From NCBI RefSeq assembly GCF_009914755.1, contig NC_060925.1: DNA of 64,000 nucleotides, one strand, 5' to 3'. Positions within the stretch are counted from its first letter, which is position 1. Each line of letters begins with the position of its first letter. The position numbers and the translations under genes were made by a program. Below, piece after piece: positions 13,912 to 28,610 of this stretch. Below the pieces are notes generated by a model. That model was given only the letters and a program-made list of their open reading frames with translations. It was not told the DNA's origin and did not search any database. The stretch is from the human T2T-CHM13v2.0 reference genome, Homo sapiens.

Positions 13912-14598
13912 CTGAAATATCAAATTGTGTCTTGTTTCTTTTCTTCATGTGATTATTTCAATCTAAAAAGTTGCTTACTTTTTCAGGGACATTTTTCACT
14001 CTTGCATAATTTTGAGACCTTCAGAATTTCAAGACAACCTGTCATATTTCTATAAAAACCAAGACAATTGTGATGGATTGGGAAAGTAGAATTACCATTG
14101 TAACAAAAACTGCTAGTTGTCAATCATTTTACAGTGAAGAAAATGTTTTGAATAGATAACTAAAAATGAAATCCTCAGGCTCTAAAACATGGAGATGAAA
14201 CAGATCTTTTGAGTAAACCAGCAAGTGGAAAGGTATTTGAGTCAAATAAGAAGACAGAAAAGTAACAGACTTTGGGTTGATGTGGGAGGTGAGTATTGGA
14301 TTATTTTCCTGAGTGGCTTGGGAATTCAAGTTAAATTATCAACTGATTTTAGATAGGTCTATTTAAAGGAAATTTGATTATTTGCAAAGAAATATGAAGC
14401 CTGTTTTCCGCTAACCTCAGTGGTAGAATTTTGACAGCACACAATCAAATTCTTAGCTATTGCATGGACAGAAATTAGAGAAAGCAATTGACTCAAAGAT
14501 ATTCATTGGTTAGATTATTGATAAGCTGTTTCTTTGGGCCATTAAGCAAAATGTACACAATTTATATCTACATAAGTAAACCCTGCTAATACACTTTG

Positions 14599-15032
14599 TG
14601 CTATCATTTGGATATTTGTTCCCACCAAATCCCCTGTTGACATTTAATCCCCAGTGCGGCAGTATTGAGAGGTAGGGTCTAAAGGGAGTGATTTAAGAAC
14701 TTGAGAACTTGGGTCATGGGATGGATCTTTCATGAATAGATGAATGCCCTCTCTGGAGGAAGTGGGGTGTGAGTGGGTACTCGCTCTGTTAGTTCCCTGG
14801 AGAGCTGGTTGTTAGAGGCTGGCACCTCCTCTCTCTCATGCTTCCTCTCTCACCATGTGATCTCTGCACACGCTGGTTTTCCTTTACCTTCTGCCATGAA
14901 TGGAAGCAGCCAAGGCTTTCACCTGATGCCCAGTATTGCAGCCAGCAGAATTGTGAGCGAAATAAATATTTTTTCTTCATAAATAACCCACTCTTAGTTA
15001 TTCCTTTATATCAATAAAAACAGACTAAGACA
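14599..15032 (+). mobile_element. MaLR solo LTR (MST-like) in the VANGL1-CASQ2 gap
   Basis: Starts tgctat...tttggatatttgttccc, contains aataaa, ends cagactaagaca. Confidence 0.8.
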
Positions 15033-15079
15033 CCTTGTAAGCTCTGTTACCCAATAGTGCTGGGGAATTATAGGTATTC

Positions 15080-15700
15080 TAGTTAATCAATTATTCATCC
15101 ACCAACTCAATAAATGAGTATCTACTTTGTGATGGGCAAAGCGCTAAGTGCTAGGGATTCTAAGATAAATTCCTTGCCTCTAAGGAGCCTGCAATTTAGT
15201 GAAAGGACAGACATGCAAATATATGTTATACCTTAAATGATAAGTGACATGATCCAGGGATGCACAAATCACAGGGGGGAAGGGGCACCTTCAGGTCACC
15301 TAGACAATTGGATAAATGGTGCTATCACCCACCCAAACTAGGACTCCATGAAGAGGAGAAGATGTTTAGGGGAGAAGGCAATGAGTTCAGGTTTTGTTGT
15401 GTTGAGTCTGAAGTGCTTGTACAACAACAAGTCAAGATATCCAGAGGCAGTTGAATGAATGTGTCTAAAAATAAGGCAAGGAGTCAAGGTTAGAGACTCA
15501 TATTTGGAGGTAATTAGCACATGGATAGTATTGATGGGCACGATGACATCATTTTGGAAGAGTATGTAGAGTTGAGATGCTGTGAAACACCATCATTCAA
15601 AGAGCAGGCAGAGGAAGAGGGGCTAGAAAGGAAAATAGAGAAGAAATAAGGAGGTAGGACTGGAGCCAGATGAGAATGAGCAGAGTCAGAAAAATCAAGA
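15080..15700. mobile_element. L2/LINE2 fragments
   Basis: attcatcc...aataaatgagtatctact and gagttcaggttttg...gttgagtctgaagtgc are typical L2 segments. Confidence 0.6.
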
Positions 15701-15709
15701 TAGGATTTT

Positions 15710-16940
15710 CAACATTGTCTGAATATTTTCAAAATATGAGTTTAATGACAGAATTAGTTAGCTAGTATTCCACAAAAAGTATTGCTCTATTTTCAAAAAA
15801 TTTGCACAGTGTCTTACACGTGCTAAAAGATTGAGAAAATAAATTAGAAAATTATACTGCACACTTAACACTAAATCTACCAAGCACAATGTAACTTTTA
15901 GACAGCTCAGAAGGCACTTTGGGATTTTTTTTTTTTCAGTGCCTCAGGGCATCAGTATGAACTCCAATTATTGTTGCCCTGGCCAATTGTGGGAGTACTG
16001 ATAACTGGAGAGTTAATTGACTGCTGGATAAAGCAATCTTTAATCTAAATGGGAAGGCTCACTAGCAGCTACAGAGAAGGGGTATTCAGATCCCAGCTTA
16101 GGCTAGGAAGCCAGCTGACCCAATCAGAGACATGAACCCATCAGAAAAATGTAAAAGTTTTCATCTTTCTAGTTTTCCCCCACCCTCCACTCCTGCTGAT
16201 GAATATGTGAGACTTGCCAACTAGAGGGAAGTTTAGAGAGCAAATCAACCTCCCATCCCAGTTTCCTAATATACTAGAAATGATGGTGACACCTGTACAC
16301 ATTTCAAGGCCTCTCCATAGCCATCCAAAGGCTTGAATATCCAAGTTCATAGTGATATGAATGACCATCACTTGAAATAAGTTTAACAAAGCCATGAGAA
16401 TATGATTTATAAGTTTGCTTCCAAGGCTGAGCCTTCTCTAAGAAGGATCATCTTGGCTAGAGGAGGGATCCCAACTGATGTTCGAGGTATGGAGGGAGCT
16501 AAATCATTAATCATGTGTCTTCCCTGGGCTCTGATTAAAAGGTCACTCTATGCCTGTGAGTTAGAAAGCTGTCAATTTTGTTACTGTCATAATCAAAGAC
16601 AAGTAAACTTGTGTTAGGGGATTGTTCACCCTAGACTGCCATGTTCAGGCACTGCCATGACCCTTGATGGTCCAGCAAAGAACAAGATCTGTTCCGTGAC
16701 AGTCAAGACAGTCAACATGGGAATAATTTTTCTCCTGTCCCTGCTAAGTGGGATTGCTGCATTTGAAAAGGCATTTGCTGAATGATGCTGCTCCTGACGC
16801 AAAGGGAGTGGGAAAAGAGATGATGGAAAAGGGAAAGGAGCTGGCTGGGTGTGGGGCAGAATTGCTTGCTGCCACCTTGTGCTGTCTGTATGGTAGTGGG
16901 TGCTGTGATTTTGTTTTCATCAGAATTGTTTGGAGTTGGG
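15710..16940 (-). other. CASQ2: CASQ2 3' UTR (~1.2 kb)
   Basis: Follows the TAG at 16941-16943 on the - strand; ATTAAA on the - strand at 15741-15746. The end position is approximate. Confidence 0.75.
15741..15746 (-). terminator. Likely CASQ2 poly(A) signal ATTAAA
   Basis: tttaat on the + strand near the boundary between unique UTR sequence and an L2-like block. Confidence 0.6.
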
Positions 16941-17228
<288 letters not shown>

Positions 17229-17572
17229 TTACACTTATTAGGAACGTGCACATTGTTAAATGGAAATGCCAAACGGCAAAACGGTATGTGTAGTATACTG
17301 TTTGTGTTGCATAAAAGGAAATGTGTATTCCATTGCCCAGTGGAATATATATGACATTTCTGGTAATATACCCATGAAACAACCACCAGTGGTTCCCTCC
17401 AGGAATGAGACTAGGGGTTGGGTCAGGGGAGTAGGAAATACTTTTTACTTTGACCTTCTAATCTACTGTTCTGTTTTAAAATGTTTTCACTTGAGCATGT
17501 TTTAAAAGTAATGTATTATTATTAATTTTAAAGTAGCTTACAAAATAAATGAATGTAGAGTTCCCTAGGTGA

Positions 17573-17925
<353 letters not shown>

Positions 17926-18549
17926 CCCCCATTCTTAAGAGATTCTATCTTAATTAAGTATGGCTCTAATAATCCTCTGTGATCATCCCTTTCTGTCCAC
18001 TGTTTGCCTGATTGTATCTGTCCCCACTTGAGTTTTATGATGGTGGAGTTGTATGAGATGTATGGACTGAGATCTAAGATTTCCTCGCATTCTGCCAGTG
18101 TACCTCACTAGCCTGTCCCACCCTCGGTTCAACAATGCCTGAACTCTGAGGAGAAGCCCCTTACTCGCATATGATTTTCTTCCTTCCCTTCTGCAGGCCT
18201 GGTCTCCTGCCTGTAGAGTAGTTGCCTGCCTGGGATTCTAGGCCACAACGGCCCCATCACCCATTGTGCAGTGATGGCTCCTGGTGTGGGTTCCCTTTTG
18301 TAAAGAGACCTTTTTGTTTGTTGTTTGACTTTGGGGGTAAATACAGGAGAGTTTACTTGAAGGGAAAGTTCCAAATCAGTGATTCAGGAAAGGCTGGCCC
18401 CATAGGCAAGAAAATGTGCCCATGGAAGAGAGCCATGGAACCACAGATTGGGACTGGCTCGGAGACCAGGCGTGGAACACACTGGCAAGTTTCCTTGAGC
18501 AGGACCCCTGCCCTCTTCTGAAAAGGCTGGGCTACTATAGATGCTCTCA

Positions 18550-18783
<234 letters not shown>

Positions 18784-19351
18784 TCACCATTGGTTAAAGG
18801 TCTTCAAAACAGCTGTGAGCACTTAGCAAATTGAAGACTTGGCCCCAGCCTTCAAGCACTTCAAATAAGCATTAAATAAAAGATGACATAGCATAAATTA
18901 TGGAAACATGTGTCTGCAGCTGTAAGAGAGAAAATTATAGAGGTGGTCTAATGTTGCTTTCCAAATTACTTGTGGCTGCTTTATAGTTTATAGAGCCATT
19001 TCCCTCCACCTCTTTTTAATGTCCCAGTTTTAAAAATACCTTATCTTGTGCTACATGAGATAGCTGGGAAAGCCATGATGGGTCATAAGTTGCCAAGTAA
19101 GAAGAAGGCTTCTTCATTCAACCAGGCTTGGACTCCATGTGGACAAATCTCTGACTGAGGCAAAAATAAAGGAGCAAGGGGCCACAGGATTTTTTTTTTT
19201 AGTGGAGATGTCCAGTGGTAGGAAATCTCCCACGCAAATATATGGCCTAGTGGGGACTAGGGATATTCAGGAATCTGGAAATCAGAATAGTCTGAAGATT
19301 TCTTCTTTGCAAAAACCAAGGCAAACACAAAGAACTGGCCAGAAGAGAGTC

Positions 19352-19632
19352 TGGGCATGGTGGCTCATGCTTGTAGTCCCAGCACTTTGGGACTGGAGTC
19401 CAGGAGTTTGAAACCAGCCTGAGCAACATAGTAAGACCTTGTCTCTACAAGAAATTTTAAAAATTAGCTGGGCGTGGTGGCACATTTCTATAGTCCCAAC
19501 TGCTCAGGAGGCTGAGGCAGGAGGATTGCTTGAGCCTGGGAGCTTAAGGCTGCAGTAAATTGAGATTATGCCACTGCACTCCAGCCTGGGTGACACAGTG
19601 AGACCCTGTCTCAAAAAAAAAAACAAAAAAAA
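19352..19632 (+). mobile_element. Alu (AluJ-like)
   Basis: Alu dimer with poly-A tail. Confidence 0.9.
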
Positions 19633-20825
19633 ACTGGCCAGGAAAACTGCAAACCATCTGCAAGCTTGTATAACAAAATAGTCAGATAAACTAGAAACAC
19701 AACCAGGCAGAAGCTATATCAACAAAGCTGTACTGTATGCAGTCTTATATGGCCATGACTTTGTTATAATTACCCAGTGCTATGACATTGGTCTCAAGTG
19801 TCATGGAAGCCTCTGCCTTTGATTCACCCCCTCCTCTACATAGGGCTGATTTTCAGGACCCTTGAGATCCCTCTCAATTTTCTCTATTTAATCACAGTAT
19901 CATCAGTCATGACCTATGCAACTAATGATAATTCCTGGAAGATAAAGTCATCATTCATAACCTAATGATAACTAAACTTGTACTGATTACTTCAATAAGC
20001 ATTTACCTAAAGCAGTCGGTAGACCAGGCTTTAGCATCATGTAGACCTAGATTGGAATATCACATCTATCACTCACTAGCTTTAACCTCCCCAGCTATCA
20101 TTCTCTCCACCTTGTGACAGGGATTATAATAGTACCTACTTCACAGGGTTGTTGAGAGGATTCGCTGTGATGAGGCATGTAAAGTATTACTCTAGTTCCA
20201 GGCATACAGTAGAATATATCAGCTATGCTTATTATCAGTACCAGTACTTATTATCAGCACCAGAACCAGTACCAGGGTTCAATACATGTAGTGTACAAAT
20301 GCTGTTTATTCTTTTTTAAAAACTAAGTATAATCAAAAGTTTCGGGCCATTGATCATGCACACTAGCAAAAGTGTGGACTTGAAGTTTCTTTCACATTCA
20401 TCGTAGGCTAGACACTATGCTAGGTCCTGGGGAGAACACGATGAACATGACAGGCACGCTCGCTTTCTCTCCACAAAGTTCTGAACTCGCTGAAAAATGT
20501 TCATCTCTGATTTTTATTACTTAGTAATTCAGGTGGCCTCAGAATGATGGTCCCCACCCAGAAAATAAAAGTAGTTCTGGGGACTGGGAATGGAGTGATG
20601 AGGGGCAGCTCTGCAGCTGCTGCTGAAGGAGTTTAGCCTGCTCACTTGGGTGGGACCCCGAGGGTCAAGGGTTTTCAACTCCTGGACTCCAGGGAGTAAG
20701 CTGAATCCTTTCAGGGTCAGCACCAGGCCCCAAGTTCAATACTGCCCCAAGGGCCAAGACCTCCCACACTGGGTGAGGACCGCCACTGGGTTTCTTCAAG
20801 TGCCCCTGCCTATTTCACCTCCTCA

Positions 20826-21041
<216 letters not shown>

Positions 21042-21835
21042 CTAATGTGGAGAGCAGAGTGTGATTTTTCCACGAGGACTTCTTAGGACATTTGGTGCTC
21101 ACCCTCAATTATAGGATTATTCTATAGAATGAGTCAGATGAGAGCTCCAGGCACAGAGCAGATTATACAAAGGAAACAATAAAAAATTTGAACAAAGGAT
21201 TAAAAGTTCACAGAGAACTGGCTGGTTTTTCACTGGAAGCCAAACTTCATTTGTGAAAACTGCCCAGCCTTGGGTCAGAAAGTCAGTCACGGAACAGAGA
21301 AATTCCTGCCTGTCCTTACTGATCCTGTGCGATCTCTTGAAACAGATGCTTTGCTGTCCCCTAGAGTCCCCAATAACATTTGCTCTAAGGACCAAGAATG
21401 TCTAAGCCTGGACCCTTAGTTTTCTACAACCAGGAATTGCTAAAACCTTCAAACCAAACGAGCTTCTGATTTACAGTTGGTTTCACAGCTCTGAGATAGT
21501 AAATGGGGCTTCCCTCCCTCCCTCCCTCCCTATTTCCTTGTATACTGGGCCCTCCCTCTGTTCAGTCAGCAGCAGTCATTGCCCCAGGGGTGGGATGATT
21601 CCTAAGAAAAGCAGAGAGGAGCTTTATAAGCTTCAAGAACACAAACTTGTTAGCTTTAAAAGCCTAAATCTTGAAGGACTAGGAGCATACAATTTTTGCC
21701 ATAAACAAAAATTTTAGGAGAACGTTTAGTAAGAGATAGCATACTCTCAACCCTCAGCACCACTCCCCAGCCCCCAGCTAGAAACAGAAAAAATAGTTTA
21801 GATTCTGGAAGGTCCCTGAGAATAATAAACCGTGC

Positions 21836-21950
21836 CTGTGTGTGTGTGCGTGCGTGTGTGTATGTGTGTGCGTGCGTGTGTGTATGTGTGTGTGCGTGTG
21901 TGTGTGCACGCGTGCATGTGCAGAAACACAAGCCATGTGTGCATGTGTGT
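21836..21950. repeat. Compound (TG)n/(CG) alternating purine-pyrimidine microsatellite
   Basis: tgtgtgtgcgtgcgtgtgtgtatgtgtgtgcg... Confidence 0.95.
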
Positions 21951-22707
21951 CCACGTACAGAATCTCCATTGTTTCAGGGAATCCCAGAGTATAGAAGACC
22001 CATGATTTGTTTCAGAATTAAACTCAGGCAAATGAAAAGATCCCAGAATCCCTTAGAGAACCCCCTAGTATAGGAGCACTAGGGCAGAAAAGCCTGTCAG
22101 AAGGCCCCATGGAGTTGTCTTGTCATTCTGAGGAACTTGAACAGGTAACGATGACCCATACCAGATGTGCACCCCACTCAGCTATGCCTGGGAACCAGAG
22201 AGACCCTGGATCCCTTGGGATAGTGGGGTTGGGGTGGAGGACCTTAATTATCAGCCCCAGCTTCCACCACTCAGTGGTATACACTCAAAATTGAAATTTA
22301 GGTTCAGTTCTAAATAATAAAGTTACATTTCTTGCATAGCTGAATTTGTGGCTTGAAATTTATACGTTGAATACAAGTAACTCACCAGCTACTTGGGAAT
22401 TCAATTAACTGTGCTTTCTTTGCACAGTTTTTCTTCTTTTGTCTGGAGTCTCAGCAAACTTGAGCTCTCCCTATGGCCTCTGTTTAGCAAACCTCTCCTC
22501 TCTCCAGGAATGCTAGCTTTTGTTTGGCTCTTTTGGACTCTTGGTAAAAGTTTTTTTCTACACTTCTTTATCTCTAATGCATTCCAGGCAAAACGCATAC
22601 TATTCTTAGCAACTCTACTTTGAGTTTTTGAGTTGGTGTAGTCACTGTTGCTAGCTCACACTGAAGATTCAGGCTGAGCCCCCTTAGGCCTTATTACCTG
22701 GGAAGCA

Positions 22708-22726
22708 CAGCGACCTCTAGTGGAGA
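22708..22726 (-). promoter_or_regulatory. CTCF motif match
   Basis: - strand TCTCCACTAGAGGTCGCTG vs consensus CCAC(C/T)AG(A/G)GGGCGC, one core mismatch. Confidence 0.55.
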
Positions 22727-22735
22727 AATAGTTCC

Positions 22736-23025
22736 TTTTTTTTTTTTTGTCTGTTGCCCAGGCTGGAGTGCGTGGTGGGATCATAGCTCACTGCAGCCTC
22801 GACCTCCCAGGCTCCAGTCATCCTCCTGTGTCAGCCTCACAAGTAGCTAAAACTACAGGTGTGTGCCACTATGCCCAGCTAGTCTTTTAAATTTTATTGT
22901 TTTATTTTGTGCAGACAGGGGTCTCACATTGTTGCCCAGGTTGGTTTTGAACTCCTGGGCTCAAGTGATCCTGCCTCAGCTTTCCAAAGTGCAGGATTAC
23001 AGATGTGAGTCACTGTGTCAGGCCT
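22736..23025 (-). mobile_element. Alu (AluJ-like)
   Basis: Alu consensus. Confidence 0.9.
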
Positions 23026-25415
23026 AGAAGGGGTCTTTATGGCCGGTGGCCACTTCTTGCAGAAATACAGAGTGGACCTGGGTGATCTTTTAATCCGTGC
23101 TCATAACCATATTGCAAATGAGATTATGACAAACACTGGAGACTGACAGGGCCCTAAGCATTAGACTTCATTTATCTGTCATTGCAGGGCTGGGGGTGAG
23201 GTGGGGTAGGGGCATTACTCCTGCTGCCTGTAGGTGGAACTGAGAAGGTCCTGCCTCTCCAGTGTATCACTGACTGACGTGTGGACACTATGGGTCGTCC
23301 TTTGGCCATGTGTCTGTCACAGGAGAGGGAAATATGGTGCCACCTTGGTTATCTGTAGAGATAGAAATCATAGTACAAAGACCACAAAGAGGAATTCCTC
23401 CAAAACAACTTCAGTTACTGTTTTTAGCTGCAGAAAATAAAGAAATGATAATCAATGAGGTGACACTGCCAGTACTTTGGAAGATGAGAGAGAGTCAAAT
23501 GTAAAAGGGACATGACAAAACTGAAATTCACAGAGAGGATGAAATGCAAAAACACAGACTCAAATGAAAGTAGAAAGTAAACTTGTGGTGCAAGAGACTG
23601 ATTCACATAAAGGAAAGGAGAGTCTAGGCAGGCACAAGTGTTGTGGAGGGACAGGATCTGTGACCCAGAACTATAAGCTGAATACACAACGGAGCACTGT
23701 TGTTTTCTTATGGGAAAAACTCTCTTAACATTGAGATTCATCAAAAGGAATGTGGTATACAAGAACTTACCTACTACGTTCCTATTTGACATTCTAGAGC
23801 AGGTTAAGAGATGAAAAGAAAAACTGAACTGTGCAAGAAAAATCAAATGGGTTGTAGTTTTTTTGTAAACGAGTGAAGTCAAAAGTGTGGCTTAATGCCC
23901 ATTTTCAAGAAAATAAAAGGTTTTTGTAAAGAGAATATTCTTTGTGTCTATGGAGAAGCAAAGAAATCCCAAAAACCATTCCCAGAATAAATTAATAAAT
24001 AAGGTTGACATTAAAGCTGAAAAAGTTTCCTCTAGATCCAAGGGCAGGTTTCTGATGTTCAGGGTGATGAATTCTGTAATGGACAATGTCTCTGACCCCA
24101 GATACTTTCAATGACAGAACAGAGCCCATTCTTCAGGGAGTCAGCCCAGCATGGCCCTTAAACACACAGACTCTGGGGCCAAATGACCTTGGCCAAGGTC
24201 GTGGATGTACCCTTAGAGTGTGACTTAGAACAAGTTATTTAATGTTTCTCTCCTCATCTTTAAAACAGAGATGATGAAAATGATAGCATCTACTTCGTCG
24301 GGTAGTTGTGAGTTAAATGAATCAGTATCTCTGAAGCACTTGGACAGTGCCTGGCATATAGTAAGGTTTAGCCATTATTTTACTTAAATTACCTGACATT
24401 CTATATTCAAAGGCAAGGAAGCTGGCTGGAACTCCCTAAGCCTGGCCATTCCTCTGCTCATTTACCACATCGGTATTACGTTCAGTGATCTGGGCACTGG
24501 GAGTGGGGTAGAGGCAGTCTTGGATCCACGTGGTACATGCTGACAGAAAACTATATCACAAAAGTGTACAGCGTGGGGCAGCTCCTTCCAGCTCCTGTTG
24601 CCGATTCTGTGACCAAAGGCTTCAGGGATGGCTGTGCCAGCTGGTGAGACCACGAGAACCGTGCCTTGATAACTGGGTCAGGGAAAGGTTTAATTCCTTT
24701 GCTTTTAAGGCATTAGCTTGTGTGGATATTCCTGATCAAAGGCTTAAAAGCCTCCAAGGCTCTCCCCTCTTCAGACACCAGCCTTGAGTGCAGACCTGTT
24801 AAAATGGATTGTCAATCTGTGAAAGTGAGTTAAGGCAGCTAACCTGGTCTCACATGTATTCAGTTGCTAAAATTGTAAGTTACAAGTTCAATTTTTTCCA
24901 AAGAGAGCCTCTGTTTCTTTGTAAAACTGGCAAGTTCCCTGGAAAAGAGAAACGTGCTCTGTGGATCCTCCCTTTTTGACCAGGAAGGCAGGTGTAGGAA
25001 GCCGCATTTCACTTTAGTAATTCAATGTTAAGCAAGGACTAGTCCACTGTTAAAATTACATGGATGAATGACTGAGTTTAAAATGAGTAAATGTTTCCTT
25101 TATCAGTGGTAGACATGGCTTGGAGCCCTTTCAAGACTATGGTCATGTATGTTTCGGAAGTAATATAGCCTATACTTCAAAAAACTGTATAGAGAAAAGG
25201 GGGAAGTACTATTCAGAGATGTGTAGGCTAATAGTTATCTAGACAAAGCAAGTAGAGGACTATTCTCTGCAGTTATCAGAAAAGCATCAGTTCTCAAAAT
25301 CAGAAGAGACCCCCGCAACCCAGACATTCCAAACTCCAGGTAGATGAATAGCCCTCACTCAGAACATTTGTCTCTGTTGAATATTTCCAGGACTGAGACC
25401 GTTTGACCTTGCTAA

Positions 25416-25966
<551 letters not shown>

Positions 25967-27329
25967 TAGTCTTGATGGAGGTTAGGAAGATTTTATCATC
26001 TCCATTTTAAAGAGGATGGAATTAAGACCCAAGGAGAGCAAATGACTTGCCCAGCATCACACGGGAGCAAATGGTAGAGCTGGGAGTTGAACTCAGGTCT
26101 TAAGTCTGCACGTCTGGAGCCACTTCCACTGTCTCCTACCCTCTGAGGTCTCCGCACTCCTACCAATGTTGCTGCCATCTTCCTTCCTCGAGTGCTTGAG
26201 ATTTTTAAGCCCAGTGTGAAAGCTTCAACATCAGGGAAGCAGGGGCTGGGACACTGAGGAAACTGTCCATGGGGTCAGTCCCAGGGCTGGCGGGCTGGCC
26301 TCTACCTTCCCATGGAGGGGTCCCTTCCCCTCCTTCAAACCACGCTGCCAAGCCCTCGCCTCCCAGCAGCTGTAGTATGATGGGTTGGCTAACTCAGGGA
26401 TGGCTCTGAGTGGGACTGGAGTCTCAGAGATGGATGTAAATAAAGAGACCTGGAGCTGTGAGAACTGCAACTCCTCTCCTGCCACTCAGGCTTGGAGTCC
26501 TGAGAGACCATGACCCACAGCCAAGGGATGCACGTTGAACCAGGAGGTTTCCCACGGCAAGCGACTGGCCTCTGGGAATCACATCTTTGTGGGAGGAGAA
26601 ACTGGTGATTATCCTCTTCTGTTTCCCTGGCAGGGACTGGTGGGAATGAGCCTTCACCAAGCCCTAGGGGACCGGTCCCAGGCCAGGCACAGCCAAGTCA
26701 GGAGCCAAGGCCACATTCAGCAGAGGCTCATGTGTCTCAGACCAACCAGTGGTCCAGGAGTGAACAGGTCCACAGCATGCAGCCTGCCCTGCCCTGCTAT
26801 CTGTCCTCATGGCCCCACTCCTGGGGGAGCTGGCTGTGCTCACTCCACAAAGGCACGGAAAGGGACCCTTCCTGACTCCATGCCATGGGAAGTTCTGGGC
26901 CTCAGGGTCTCTGCTCCTGTGAGGAGAGGCCTGAGCTTGGGAGGGCCAAGCTCTTAAAGTGGGGTCCTGCCCTTGCTTGTGTGGCAGGTGGACAGATAAA
27001 CGGCCGGGGCTGGAACCACACAGCTTAGAGGTTGTGTCTAAAGAGGGCACTGGGTCTGGAGTTTAAAGACCTTGCACAGGTTGCTTAACCGCTCCCCTTT
27101 CATCTCCTCCTCTGAAAGTGGAGAGAACAGCTGCCACATGACTTCTCAGGCATGTTGATATAACGAGATGCTATCAGCATGTGGGTTGGGCAAAGTGTGT
27201 AGGGAGACACATGCAGAAGGTCCTCATAAAGACTTTGTCTGTCTTCTTCCTTTCTCTCCTCCACCCCCATCAAACTCTTACTCATTTTAAGGTTTTTTTT
27301 TTTTTTTCACTACTTTGATCCTTCATTGA

Positions 27330-27632
<303 letters not shown>

Positions 27633-28306
27633 TTAAGGGTTTTGTTTGTTTGTTTGTTTGTTTTCAGCAGGCAGGTATAATTTGAGTTCCCACAACATCT
27701 TAAGCCCAGAGCCTGAGGCTGAGACACAAGGGTGAATAGGACAGGTCCTCTCTCAGAAAGACCTTGTTGGTCTCTAGGCCAGAGCTCACTCAGTAAATAT
27801 GGAATTCTCAAAAAGCAGCCTAGCATCTGAACTGGATCCTTTGGGAAACCTCAGAGGGACAGACAAGGCTGGGAGCTCTCCTCTCACAAGATGGAATTGC
27901 CAAGAAGTCACCCGTGAGAGTCAGACATCCGCGTAGGACAGGGGACATTGTCTGGGCCCCACAGCTATGAGACGGCACTTGAGACATGTGAATACGCTAC
28001 CACTCCTTACCACACCCTCTTTCTCTGCCTGTCTTCTCCTGGCGCTAAGATCCCAGAATTGGTGAAAAAGTCAAATGATATGGTGTTGTGATGAAGAGAA
28101 GCTTAAGCTGATGGTTACAGAGCCCAGACTCGGGGCTGGACTGCTGGGTTTGAATCCCAGTTCTATCACTGATTAGCCATGTGAGCTGGGGACATTATTT
28201 AACTTCTTTGTCCCTGTACTTTATCATCTGTACACCGGGGAAGATGATAAAAACAGCACCTAACACGTCGGGTTGTTGCAAAGGTTAAATATGTTGATAC
28301 TTGTTA

Positions 28307-28610
<304 letters not shown>

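Larger units (their letters stand above)
7084..13930 (+). other. VANGL1: VANGL1 long 3' UTR (~6.8 kb)
   Basis: Nearly repeat-free sequence after the stop, ending at AATAAA 13906-13911 with a downstream GT/T-rich tract. Consistent with the long VANGL1 mRNA as recalled. Confidence 0.8.
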
